From Chiloscyllium plagiosum (taxonomy: Eukaryota): a DNA stretch of 64,000 bases. A program made the translations under genes and the position numbers. The stretch spans positions 92,026,039 through 92,090,038 of the forward strand of contig NC_057718.1 of NCBI RefSeq assembly GCF_004010195.1, written 5' to 3'. Below, in pieces: positions 1 to 13,200 of this stretch. The stretch's first letter is position 1; the number at the start of each line of letters is the position of its first letter. The notes below the pieces were generated by a model. That model ran no database searches. It saw nothing but the letters and a program-made list of their open reading frames with translations, and was not told the DNA's origin.

Positions 1-420
1 CGACTGGGCTTGTATACCCTTGAGATTCGAAGATTGAGAGGGGATCTGACTGGGACGTATAAGATTATGAAAGGATTGGACACTCTGGCAGTAGGGAACA
101 TATTTCCACTGATGGGCGAGTGCCGAACCAGAGGACACAGCTTAAAAATACGGGGTAGACCATTTAGGACAGAGCTCAGGAGAAACTTCTTCACCCAGAG
201 AGTGATGGCTGCGTGGAATGCTCTGCCCCGGAGGGCAGTGGAGGCCCACTCTCTGGATTCATTTAAGAGTTGGATAGAGCTCTCAAAGATAGTGGAATCA
301 AGGGTTATGGAGATAAGGCAGGAACAGGATACTGATTAGGAATGATCAGCCATGATTAGATTGAATGGCGGTGCAGGCTCGAAGGGTTGAATGGTCTACT
401 CCCGCACCTATTGTCTATTG
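1..420 (+). mobile_element. CR1-type LINE 3' end (ORF2 C-terminus plus 3' UTR)
   Basis: ORF 10..339 has the CR1 C-terminal motif RTRGHSLKIRGRPFRTELRRNFFTQRV, followed by a typical tail ending in tattgtctattg. Confidence 0.9.
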
Positions 421-686
421 ACTCCAAACTGCAATAAAAACTTAGTATGATGAGGCAGACTCATGAAATTATCATAAACGTTATAATTCAGTGCACAAGT
501 TTTAAAAAGATTGAACTTGTTAAACTTTTGCTAAGTAAAGAGCAACATAGGCACCATCAATATAACTTAGGCCTACGTGTTCCGTATTGCATCACAATGA
601 TTATTTCAGACCTCGCACGTAGCCAACTTTCTGAGAAAAGACCCTATTTTGAGAGAATTTCATATAATGGCAAATGGAAGTAGTAG

Positions 687-800
687 ATAAAAACAATGAC
701 TGCAGATGCTGGAAACCAGATTCTGGAGGAGAGTGGTGCTGGGAAAGCACAGCAGTTCAGGCAGCATATGAGCAGTAAAACCGACATTTCGGGCAAAAGC
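687..800 (-). mobile_element. Penelope-like element family B terminal fragment, truncated inside hammerhead stem II
   Basis: Reverse complement reads gcttttgcccgaaatgtcgg...ccagaatctggtttccagcatctgcagtcattgttttt, matching other family B termini. Flanked by direct repeat aagtagtag (678-686, 801-809). Confidence 0.8.
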
Positions 801-3800
801 AAGTAGTAGCCAACCCATATGCTTCTTTGAAGAAAAAAAGGCCAATTTTAACTCAAACTGTTGAACTCAACAGTTCAATGACACCCTGTGACTATTGGTG
901 GATCTTTAAGCACATTGCCCAAAACTGCTTAAATTCTTCTACTATTTATGCATTGTGAAGTTTTTTCAATCACTGATTTTAAAAAAAAAGCTAGAATTTT
1001 TTTTGTATCTGAACATTCTCTAACAATGTCATTCTCATACGCCTGAAATGGGGTTTTCTGTCACTGCCAGCAGAATTCAGAAATTCAATCAAGCAGCCAA
1101 ATACAATCCCTAGGGTTTACCAGCAACATTCTTTGCAAGCTTTCTCAGTTTACAATGGTCACATTTAAATTTAAGATTGCCTTCCTTCCAAAAACAGAGG
1201 CATCATATTTTGGAGCAGGAATAAAACACAAAACACCAAAGTACTGTAATAAAATCACCCATTTACAGTGCATGTCAAGTCTTGCTGCTTCTACATCCTG
1301 ACCATTTCCTCAACCAAGGAAAATTGCTCAATTGCATTTCTATCTGTGGGTGTATATAAATTACAATCATCTTGTAGAATAAAAAATAATTATGGTTATA
1401 GACTAGCTTATTTTTGAGCACTGCATACCGGCAAATGAACAAATCAATTCCATAACCATGTGCCTGTATTTGCTTTGAAAAACATCATAGGTATCATATT
1501 TTTAAAAAAGAAACATTTGCATCCAAACATATCCTTCCCAAATTTCTTTACAAATCCTCAGTGGCCATATTCAATCCTCTATCAAACCTACACCCAAGTA
1601 TTTCAAATTGCAACAGCATAACATCTGATGCAACATGAACAACGCGAGAGGATATATATCCATTTACTTTGAACTTTAATCACTGAATTACAGCTGATCA
1701 AGGGTTTATTTATAATGGTGGATAAATACCCATGACTTGAGTCAAATATTTGCAAAGCAAAAGGTTTGAGCTAACCAGAAAATAAGACCTCCCAATATAG
1801 CCCAGATACCACATTTACAAAAGTCTCTACTGGTTTCACAAGGAACTGCAAATCTAAATAAAATCAGAAGCCACTTCAGCAGAAACTAGGATTCAACATT
1901 GTTTTAGAAATAAATTGCATCTATATGACAATTTTAACAACATAAATCATATCAAATTTCCTGACAGAAACATAATGAGGAAAACAAATCAAAGTGGAAG
2001 GAGGACGCCTTAAGATCATGAATATATGCTTGTTAAATCATAAGGATGTTAAGGCTGTTCTTAAAGCAAAACAGAATAGTAATAGGACACAAGTAGATTT
2101 CTAGAATTAGGTAACAGAAAACAGAATACACAGCCACAAATGTGAAAAAGAAACAAAAACTGCACAAATTTAACAGAGTTCAAAAGTTGGAGGTCTGCAG
2201 AACACATCCAAAGTTTGTTTCTGTTTTCTTATATTTTGTCAAAGTCTTGTTCAGCATTAAACTATACCCCCATTATGGTGTCACCCACAAATTTAAATAT
2301 TGTGCTTCATTTACCCAAGTCCAAATCATTTCTATCTATGATTAATAACACTGGTACCAGCATGGATTCCTCTGGAGCACCATCTTCAACTTTCCACCAA
2401 GCCTGACCAAGTACCTTTAACACTCACTGTTGTTGGTTTCAGTTATTTTAGTCAATCTGTTGAGACATACCATGACATGCTTCTGGTGCAAGTGATACTT
2501 GAACCTGGATCATTAGCTTAGAGGTTACCACGACCCACAAGACCTCATTCTTGGTTTTACGGCTAGTTAGCTATCCAATCATTCTAATTGCCCTGACTGC
2601 ACATGTTGAGTCCAAAATACTGTAGAATGCAGAGGTCTTTTGAAAACAAGTGTAAAAATACTCCCAAGATGTTCTTTATCTACTGTTACTTCTTCAAAGG
2701 ATTGTTCAAGATTGAAAGTTGTCCAAACGTATCCTTCCCTTTTTAAATCCATGCTGTAAACCATTTTTCAGATTCTAGACATTTTTCAGTTCCACCTTTC
2801 TTCAAATATTCAATATCTTTCATGCTGCTCACATTTAGCTAATTGGTTAATAATTTTGAGGATCTGTTCCTTTGTCCTTTTGACAATAATAATTCCAGCT
2901 TAAACCTGAAGATGTGTTTGCTATCTTTCCTTCTGCTTCTTTTGTGTACACAGAGATGTAACCCACTTTGAACAGAAGATCAATGTCGCCAACAGTCTGG
3001 CTCAACCATGGACAATAGCAACGATGAAATGGTATCATTGGCATTGGGAAGATGGAAGCAGTGGCAATTACTAATGTTTAACTGGGAAAGGTTATCGCTT
3101 CTCAGGCCTGAATATCAGGCATTATTCACACAGTCTGAAAGCATAAAGAGTGTTATCATCATGTGTCATAATTTGCTGATTCTCGAAAGGAACAGAATTT
3201 GGATGAGGAAGAGAATGGGGCCAAAGGACATATTATGAAAAATTCAGGCATTTCATTTCCAAATGCAAGTTCCATTGTAAACCAGTACAATACCTCCATG
3301 GTTTCTTGTTTTGTAACAAATAAACAAAGTCACATACCATAGGTATCTAAGCTTCAAATGACTGATACACCAGCAAGCTAACTGACTTGCAAATAGTCAC
3401 AAGTTTGCAAACAAAACTACAATTAGCTCCAAAACTCCAAACACCTTTAAGTTCCACTTCGAGAATCATATCAAAAACTATTTCAGTTTTCATGCTGATG
3501 AACTATTGCCCTTAGGGTACAGATGAATGAGCATCCTTCAAACATGACGACACATTCTCATTTCAGTTAACTGTTGAAGTATGAAACCAAGTAGAAACCC
3601 TATTCTTGATAATTTATTTACAGATTGCAGCAGTATACATGTCTGATTCTTATCTAGTACCGACCCTGTTATCCAAACACATATCCATTTCACGTGTGTA
3701 CTCCAGATACTCAACATCTTAACCAATATCACCCAGCCAGTTATTCTTGAACAAACTGAAGTCTTGTGGTTCAGCATTAATGTCCCTATCTCTAGTCAGA

Positions 3801-4591
3801 GTCATTTAGCTCAGTTGACTGCTTGGCTGGTTTCTGATAAGAGTGATGATAACAGCATGGTTCAAGTCCCACGCTGGCTGAGATCAACATGAAAGTCCCA
3901 TCTCTCAACGTAAGGACACTAACACACTGTTGCAGAAAATTAAGTGTTACCTTTTCTCAGGTAGCTTACAGAAAGAAGTCCATGACACACTGCAGGTGAG
4001 AAATTGAACATATTAGAGTTTGAGGAATGCAAGGGTTACACCACATTTAAAATTACAAATCAAAGTAATCTCTCTTCAGGCCTTTTGTTCGTGTGTTTAA
4101 AACTGTAGATATTTATTAATTGCTTACTATGAAGGATCGAAGTTGACTAAATATCAAGTTCCAGCAATTTACTTTGCATTTTATACTCAATATTAAAATC
4201 CTGTTATTTCATAAGTTCATAGATTGAAAAATAACATTATTTCCATGTACACTAGTATTGCAGGTTGCCAAAAATCATACTAACATGGTACAATTTTTCA
4301 GGCACTCTAATCAAGTATGTGCTGCTGTACCACATTTTATAGTAAACACAAAGTGAAGTAGATGCTCTTTGCTGACAATTGCTTTAATCTGAAAAGTTCA
4401 CATAGCCTAGATGTGAACATATCATTCTAGGATACGTACAAGCTTAAGCAAACAGAACTAAATTCAACGAAATGCACTGAAAGAATACAAAATAACTGAC
4501 ATATCCTCTCAGTGCTGTAACTTTTCTTTTTAATCAATTTCATGCTGATTTCTGAAAGCAATTATGATTTTATTTAAAAATTGCATAACAG

Positions 4592-4710
4592 ACTTCTGTG
4601 GTGCAGTGTAGTAATTCTTCCTACCTTTGAACTAGGAGGCCTGAGTTCAAGTCCCACCTCCTCCAGAAGTGTACAATAACATAACTGAACAAGTTGATCA
4701 GAAAACATCG
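4592..4710 (+). mobile_element. Short decayed tRNA-derived SINE
   Basis: A-box-like tggtgcagtgtag and B-box-like gttcaagtccc. A related decayed copy lies on the minus strand near 2445-2550. Confidence 0.45.
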
Positions 4711-4754
4711 AAAATGGGAGACATTGTACCTTGTAAGGATAAAGCAATAAATAT

Positions 4755-6670
4755 AAAGGCATAGTAAGATATTTCACATTTTAAAAATGACTAAGTGTTG
4801 GTCCTCTAAAGAGTGAATCTAAAGAAGTAATCATGGAAAACAAAGAGATGGTACTTTAATAAATCTTCACTATAGAGGATACAAGTAACATCCCTGAAGT
4901 AAATCAGGAAACAAAAGGGAAGGAATCGGGAGAATTACAATAACCAGAGAACTGGCATTGACTAAAATACACATTTATCAGCCCACAGCCTCAAGACTTG
5001 AAGGACTTCATCAGAGGGTCCAGAAAGTGGTTACGAGATAGTTGATGCATTGGTTGTAATTTTCCAAAACTCACATGGTTCAGGGATGATCCCATTAGAA
5101 GATAAATGTTACTCCTTTATTTCAGTGCCAGGACATTTCAGCAGGAATCCCTCATGGTAGTGTTCTTGGCCCAAGCATTTTCTTCATTAGTTACATTCCC
5201 TCCATCACATTACTGCTAACTGAACAATGTAAAGAAGACAGAGATCGTTCTTAGGGTAAAAGGGATCAAAGGGTATGGAAGAAAGCAGGAACAGGAACTA
5301 AGTTGGATGATCAACTGTGATCATATCGAATGGTCGAGTAGATTCGAAGGTGTGAATACTCTATTCCTGCTCCTATTTCTAAGTTCTTTATAATTCATGA
5401 CTTCTCAGATATTGAAGCAGTCCATGTTCAAATGTAGCAAGATCTGAACAATATCCAGGGATTGGGCTGACAAATGGCGAGTAGCATTCACAGCACACCA
5501 GTGCCAGACAATGACCATCTCCAACAACAGAAAACCTAACCGCCATCATCCTGCCTCCAACACTCTTGACATTCAATTGTATCACCAGTGAATACCCTAA
5601 TGTCAATATCTTGGAGTTTACCATTGACCAGAAACAGAACTGGCTTAGATGCTGACAGATCCACAGAATATCTCCAACAATTTGTTTTTGTTTCAAATGT
5701 CTCCGGTCTTGGTTTTAGCTTAATGTTTAACATTTAACCAATTTACAAAGTTATTTTAGGAAGTAATATGTATTTTGGATAAAAGAGAACTGGTGGATGC
5801 ACTGTACTTGGATTTCGAGAAAACAACTGAGAAGGTTCTACAAGGTTTCAAAGCTTAATGTGGAAAATAAAGATTATGGTGTCAAGGGCAACGTATTGGC
5901 ATGAACAAAAGACTAGCTGGCTAACAGGAAGCAAACATCAATTGGTCTTTTCCTCTTCACAAGATTTAACGAGTGGTGTGCCACAGGGATCAATGCTGGA
6001 TCCTCAACTGTTTACAATTTATATCCATGACTTAGATGAAGAGGTGGAAGGTACAGTTGTCAAATTGGCTGACAACACAAAGACAGGTAGGAAAGTAAAT
6101 TGTAAAGAGGACAGAAAAAGGCTACAAAAATATATTGATAAATTAGTTAAGTAGCAAATTTAGGATAAATCAAGCTTGAGAAAATGTAACATTGTCCATT
6201 TTGGCAGGAAAAATAAAATAGGAACACAATAACTTAACACTGAAAGTTTATAGGGCTCCTGGTGCACATGAGGGGAACATCTGGAGTTTATGCACAGTAC
6301 TGGTCATTTAAGGAAGGATATAAATCCATTGAAGGCAATTGAGAAACTCTATCAAACCAAGACTGAACGGACTGGATTGTCTTACGAGGAAAGACTGGAC
6401 AGGTTAGGTTTGCAATTGCTGACATTTAGAAAAGTAAGTGATGACTTGATTGAAAGATCGCATCCTGACAGGGCTATACAGGGTAAGAGTGGATGCTTCC
6501 TCTAAGTGAGGATCTAGAACTAGGGATCACGGATCATGAAAATTGAGGGTCACCAAAAAAAAAGACATTCAGCGAAATATTTTCTCTCAGGATCAAGGCT
6601 CTTTGAAACCATCTTTCTGAAAAAATGGTGGAAACTAACCTTTCAAATATTTTCAGCAAGGGTAGTAGGG
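4755..6670 (+). mobile_element. Old CR1 LINE ORF2 relic, interrupted; its tail resumes at about 9637-9775
   Basis: ORF 5858..6154 has degenerate RT motifs GVPQGSMLDPQLFTIYIHDLDE and KLADNTK. ORF 6290..6505 has LSYEERLDRLGL. Confidence 0.8.
5120..5660 (+). mobile_element. L2-like (CR1/L2 group) LINE RT fragment, itself interrupted by a CR1 tail at about 5230-5390
   Basis: Plus-strand reading gives degenerate GIPHGSVLGP and later EAVHVQM..DLNNIQ..ADKW and VNILEFTIDQKQNW, which differ from the flanking CR1. Confidence 0.55.
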
Positions 6671-6679
6671 ATATTCCAG

Positions 6680-9636
6680 CTAACTACAGATAACAGATAG
6701 GGATAACATTAATAAAGGGAAGAACAGGCAGAGAGCAGGTGAGCGCAGAAGAACTGGTGGCCTGAAATGCATCTACTTTAATGCAAGGAGTATAGTGTGT
6801 AAGGCAGATGAACTTAGGGCTGGATTGCTGCGTGGGAGTATGACATTATTGCCATCACAGAGACTTGGCTGAAGGAAGGGCATGATGATTGGCAACTAAA
6901 TGTTCCAGGATATAGATGCTTCAGATAGGACTGGGAGGGAAGTAAAAGAGGGGGTGGAGTTGTGTTACTGGTCAGGGATGATATCACGGCTGTGCTAAAG
7001 GAGGACACTATGGCAGTCTTGGTTAGTGAGGCATTATGGGTGGAGCTGAGAAATAAGAAGGGTGCAGTTACATTGTTGGGGCTGTATTACAGACCTCCCA
7101 ACAGTGAGCGTGAGGTAGAAGAACAAATAGGTAAACAGATTATGAATAGGTGTAGAGGCAATAGGGCCGTGATATGGGGGAATGTTGGGAAAATTAAAAT
7201 TGACTGGGATACACTTAGCATCAGAGGTCTGGATAGAGTAGAATTTGTATTAAGTGTCCAGGAGAGTTTTCTAGAGCAGTATGCCAACAGTCCAGCGAGG
7301 GAAGGGGCCATGTTGGACCTGGTACTGGGGAACGAGCCAGGACAAGTGGTAGAAGTTGCGGTGAGGGATTTCTTTGGGAACAGTGAGTTTGTAAGTTTTA
7401 GAATACTCATTGATAATTCTATAAGTTTTAGAATACTCAGATAAAGAAGAGAGTGGTCCTCAGGGAAGAGTACTAAACTGGGCCAAAGCCAATTATATCA
7501 AAATTAGACAGGAGCTGGGAAATGTGGATTGGGCACAGCTATTTGAAGTGAAGTACACATTTGAGATGTGGGAGGCTTTCAAAGATAGGTTAATGGTAGT
7601 GAAGGATAAGCATGCCCCGTTGAAGGCAAAGGACAGGAAGGGCAAGATTGGTGAACCATGAATGACAGGAGAAATTGTACGACTAGCCAAGAGGAAAAGG
7701 GAAGCATACATAAGGTCTAGGCAGCTAAGAACAGAAAGGGCCCTGAAGGAATCTCGGAAGAGTAGGACAAGTCTTAAACAAGGAATCAAGCGGGCGAAAA
7801 GGGGTCATGAAATAACTTTAGCAAGCAGAATTAAGGAAAGTGCCAAAACATTTTATTCTTATATAAGAAGCAAGCAGGTAACTAGAGAAAGGATTGGTCC
7901 ACTGAAAGGTAATGAAAGAAAACTGTGTGCCGAACCTGAGAGAATGGGTGAGATTCTGAATGATTACTTTGCATCAGTGTTCACTGAGGAGAGGAACATG
8001 ATGAATCTTGAGATTAGGGATAAAAGTTTGATTAGTCTGGATCATGTTGGCAAACGTAGAGAAGATGTATTGGGTATGCTAGGGGTTATTAAGGTGGACA
8101 AATCCCCAGGACGGGATGGAATCTATCCCAGGTTGCTCAGGGAGGCGAGGGAGGAAATAGTTGAGGCCCTGACAGATATCTTTGTGGCATCCTTAAATAC
8201 AGGTGAGGTGCCGGAGGACTGGAGGATAGCTTATGTTGTCCCTCTGTATAAGGAAGGTAGTAGAGATATTCCAGGTAACTACAGACCAGTGAGCCTGACG
8301 TCGTTGGTGGGGAAGTTGCTGGAGAGGTTACTAAGAGATAGGATCTATTCATATTTAGAAAAGATAGTGATAGGCAACATGGTTTTGTGCGAGGGAGATC
8401 GTGCCTTACCAACTTAATAGAGTTCTTCGAGGAAGCGACCAAGTTGTTAGATGAAGGAAGGGCTGTTGATGTCATATACATGGACTTTAGTAAGGCATTT
8501 GATGAGGTTGCCCATTGTAGACTAATGGAGAAAGTGAAGTCACATGGTGTGCAGGGTATTCTAGCTAGGTGGATAAAGAACTGGTTGAGCAACAGGAGAC
8601 AGAGAGTTGAAGGGAGTTTCTCGAAATGGAGAAAGGTGAAAAGTGATGTTGCACAGGGGTCAGTATTGGGGCCACTGTTATTTGTAATATACATAAATGA
8701 TCTAGAAGAGGGCACTGTTGGTATGATCAGCAAGTTTGCAGATGACACAAAGATTGGTGGAGTAGTAGAAAGCATAAGGGACTGTCAGAGAATACAGGAG
8801 GATATAGATAGCCTGGAGAGTTGGTCGGAAAAGTGGCAGTTGGCTTTCAATCCAGACAAATGTGAGGTGATGCATTTAGGCAAGTCTAATTCTCGAGCGA
8901 ATTATGGGAAAAGTTGATGGGCAGAGAGATCTGGGAGTGCAGGCCCATTGTACCCTGAAGGTTGCTGCACAGGTGGATAGAGTGATCAAGAAGGCATATA
9001 GTATGCTTGCCTTCATTGGACGGGGTATTGAGTATAAGAGCTGGCAAGTCATGTTAAAATTGTACAAGACATTAGTTCGGCCACACTTAGAATATTGTGT
9101 ACAGTTCTGGTCGCCACATTACCAAAAGGATGTGGACACTTTGGAGAGGGTGCAGAGAAGGTTTACGAGGATGTTGCCTGGTATGGAAAGTGCTAGCTAT
9201 GAAGTTGAGGTTGAGTAGGTTAGATTTGTTTTCACTTGAAAAAAAGGAGATTATGGGAGGACCTGATTGAGGCTTACAAAATCATGACGGGGATAGACAG
9301 GGTGGATAGTGACAAGCTTTTTCCCCAGAGTGAAGGATTCAATAACCAGAGGTCATGCTTTCAAGGTGAGAGGTGGAAAGTTAAAGGGGGATACACGCAG
9401 CAAGTACTTCACACAGAGGATGGTAGGCGTTTGGAAAGCGTTGCCAGCAGAGGTGGTAGAGGCAGGCACAGTAGATTCATTTAAAATGCATCTGGACAGA
9501 TGCATGAGTAGGCGGGGAGCAGAGGGATACAAATGGTTAGGAATTGACCAACAGATTTAGACAGTACATTTAGATCGGTTCAGGCTTGAAGGGCCAAAAG
9601 GCCTGTTCCTGGGCTGTAAATTTTCTTTGTTCTTTG
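6680..9636 (+). mobile_element. CR1 LINE with near-complete but frameshifted ORF2 (APE endonuclease plus RT)
   Basis: Endonuclease motifs CIYFNARS, AITETWL and YYRPPNS. RT motifs KSPGRDGIYPRLL, NYRPVSLTS, QGSVLGP and FADD. C-terminal TRGHAFKV and a ttctttg tail. Split across several ORFs (6962-9560). Confidence 0.95.
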
Positions 9637-12600
9637 ATACATAGATTCTGGTGAAGCAAGGGGCGAAAGGTTATCAGGGGTTGACAGGAATGCAGATAAG
9701 GTTACAATTAAATCATCCATGATTTTATTACATGGGGTGTAGTCTCGAGGGTTGAATGGCCTACTCCTGCTCAGCATTCACATGTACATATGTAGTAGGC
9801 AAGTCTGATAAGTTATTTATCTGAACATTAAACATTGAAACGAGTGTTATGCAAATTAACCTTCCTTCCCAATATACATGAGTATCTGTGCTTCTACAAT
9901 ATAACTTAACAGACAATAGTAGACAATTCACCAAAAGAGCTGTTTCTTGCTGTGGAAAAGGCATTCAAATACATCTAAAATGCTATGGTCACTTCATTCA
10001 CTAAAATGTAGAATAAGACTGCTAAAAAAAAGCCTTAAAACATTCAAATGAAAATGCTGACCTTAAATCAATTTTTTTGAATTAATTCATTTCTAGTAGT
10101 TTATCAGTTAATATGCAGGTCTATAACTTCTTAACTAATATTTTTCGATTCAGATTTGTTTTCCAAACTTACACAAGAGTGAAGCTACCTCCAAACTGAA
10201 ATGTACTTATTAATACTTACCATCCCCATTGTGCAGTACCTTCATTCACTTATGCCTTTTCTTGGTCCACTCTTTTTGGAAATAATACTTATGCTACAGT
10301 GGAAAATTCTTCCCTGATTCACAAGATCATTGCTCAAACTCCACTCCAGAGACAAGCTTGTAAACTAGTCTGAAACTTCATTACAGTATGAGGGTTAACG
10401 GAATGCTTCAACTGTTGGAGGAATCTATGTGCCCTCCAATATGGTGCAAAATATTCCATTGCTTTGCCCAAGAGCACTGGGAATCTTCCATGAATCCTGT
10501 CAAAGATTTGTTCCGAGATCAACATCACAAAAAGGTAACCTGCTTATTATCTTGCTGCTTCTTGTGATCTCAATCATAGAGCATTATAGCACAGAGGACA
10601 GCCATTTAAGTCTGTGATTATGTGTGTCACCAAGAAAATGGTTAGTCAGCCGAATCCCATTTCCCATTCCTTATCTGTGACCTTGTGGATTTCAGCATTT
10701 CAAATGCATGTCAAAAAGTTACTTTTTTTTTTAAAAGTGAGATGAACACTTCTACCTTTATAAGTCTTTGAGGCAGGAAGTCCCAGACTAATGCCACTTT
10801 AGGTGAAGACAGTTCTTTCCTGTAACCTGTCTACCACTTATTTTAAATCTGTGCCCTTTAGTCAGTAATCCCTCTGCTAAGTAATGGGTTCCAGCTCAAT
10901 ACATAAAGGCATTTCAATTTCTGAAGGAGAAATTCACACAACGTTCTTGCAGCTACATCCAAGGTGTATTGTTCAGTGAGGTAGAGCTACAGTACCAACA
11001 AAAAGTATGTTCACAATATGTTTTTTAATTAAAACTTAAAAACCTTTTGCCTGAGGCAGTATCCGTTAGCTGTAATCAAATTGGCCCTGAAACCCTTCAA
11101 CCCCAGACTTTTCAGAGTCTGTGTCTTTAACACCTCTGAAAAAATGATGGAAACTTAGCTTTTGAATATATTTTCAGCAAGGATAGATAGATTCTGGTGA
11201 AGTAAGGGGTGAAAGGTTATCAGGGATAGAAAAAAAAGGACAACATAACCTTGTCAAAGGAGCAGCATCATCATAGCTTATCAAAGATTTTGTATAAATT
11301 TAAGTGCAGCTTTACCTGTATCTTGTTTGTGTCATAAACATTATATATTGTGTAAATATTTTTGCAAAAATGTTTAATTTCATTACCCATATATTTTAGG
11401 AGTATATCTTATAGTAACGTTAATGTGGTGATGTCCCTATCTTGGACATGTAGAATTTACCATTTTGACACTGGGATCTACTACATGGAGATACAGATTT
11501 GTTTTGGTTTTAATTATGCAATTTTCACAGAGGCAATTTAGTTGGTGACAGAAGTGGTTTTGAGAAGCAGAGAGAGAATTTTCCAAGAGCTTAGATCAGT
11601 AGCAGGGCTACTATCAGGAAAAAAGCGGGGGCTTTCTGGTTTGGAGTCACTTAACAAGAAAGCATTAAGTCTGTGTACAAAATCACGAGATCTTAAGAAG
11701 AGTTGGAGGACTGCCTAGCCAAATGCTATTGGAAGGACCCCAAACAATCTCATACCTTGGAGATCAGCAGGAACACCAAGTAAAATTAAAGTTATTATTG
11801 AGAACTCAGCATATCTTTGTTTAGTTTCAGAAGTGAAGAAACCCACAAGATTCTGCATAATATGGGGTAACTTGTGCAGAATTAAAAGTAGGATAAGGAA
11901 TTGTGATTTGGAGAATTTTGCATTCAAGGGTAGCATATTCTTTTTTAAAATCAATACAGGAGGGTTTTTGTCTAAAATTTTTAAATCTTGTGGTATGGTT
12001 CTTTCAGTTAATAACTGAGTTCCAGCAGCTAAATGGTCTCCATCAAAACAAATGCCTACAAAGAGTGAGCTGAAAAGCAAGAGACAGCATAAGAGAGTGA
12101 TAAAGAAAGAGAACAAAAAACAGAAAGAGGAGGTGCCGCTGCTTATCCAGCTTCCTCAGGTTTGGACAATGCACACGTTAGGTATCGTCCTTTTTCTTTT
12201 TTCAGTTTCTCAATTACTTTCCCTTTCCATTCTTACAGTGAAATCAGTATTTCCTCATCTTTGCCATCAAAACCACATAAAAGTTTTAACGCTTCTAATA
12301 AGCCTCTACTTCATGCTTTTGGCTTTAAGTAGAACAATTCTAGCTTCTCTATTTTCAACACAGAACTGAATTCCCTTATGCTAGTACTATTTTGGCAAGC
12401 CTCCATTAGATTTTCTCCTAAGCCCTTGATATCCTACACAGTAATGTTCAGAACTGGCAAAACAGTACAGCAAAACATCTAACCAGAAATTTATAAAATT
12501 TGTTACTTTCTTCATGAACCCCACCTTTCTTTGTAAAGTTAGTTACCATTGGCTTTTTAATGACAATTTCAGAAACTCTTCTGTATTACTCACAGGATAT

Positions 12601-12854
12601 CATTGGCTACATCAGCATTTATTAACCACCCCAATTGCCCTTGACAAGAAGCAAGCTTCCCCTCATGTACCAATACTGCCCATGGAATCCAGGTACACCA
12701 ACAGTTCTACTTGAGATGAAGTTGCAAGAACACGATTAAGCAACAGTAGAGACATGGTAAAGATGTCCCTTGAAGGGGAACTTGCAAGTGGTTGTGGTAT
12801 TCCTATGGGTCTGATGTCTTTTTTAAGTAATAGCAAAAATGTCAGGGGAAAAAG

Positions 12855-13200
12855 TCGGTCATTTTTGGCCTTCAAGTCTGCTCTGCCATTCAATGACATT
12901 GTGGCTAATCTGATAAACCACAACTCCCCTTTTCTGTCTTTTCCCATAATCCTACTGATGAAAAATCTATTTCAGCCTTGAATATACTTAATGATGCATC
13001 CCCAGTTCTCTATGCTAAAGAATTCCATAAATTCGCTACCCTTAGAAGAAATTTCTTCTCATGTTTAATCGGACTGACGTTATTTTCTTTGATCACAGAC
13101 ACTCCCAGACAATAACATTTCTGCATCTACCTTGGTCAAGTTTCCTAAGAATTTTGTATGTTTAAATAAGGTTGTCTCACACTCTTCTAAAACACAAGTA
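12855..13200 (-). mobile_element. Decayed CR1 3' end
   Basis: Reverse-strand CR1 tail pattern ggccttcaagtctgctctgccattcaat...ctaatctgat...ttcagccttgaatatacttaatga. Confidence 0.65.

Noticed and set aside
900..1540. Candidate RALGAPA2 exon 2 words (FKQF near 925, LDAN near 1520) on the minus strand
   Set aside because: Flanking codons do not match and the frames close immediately.
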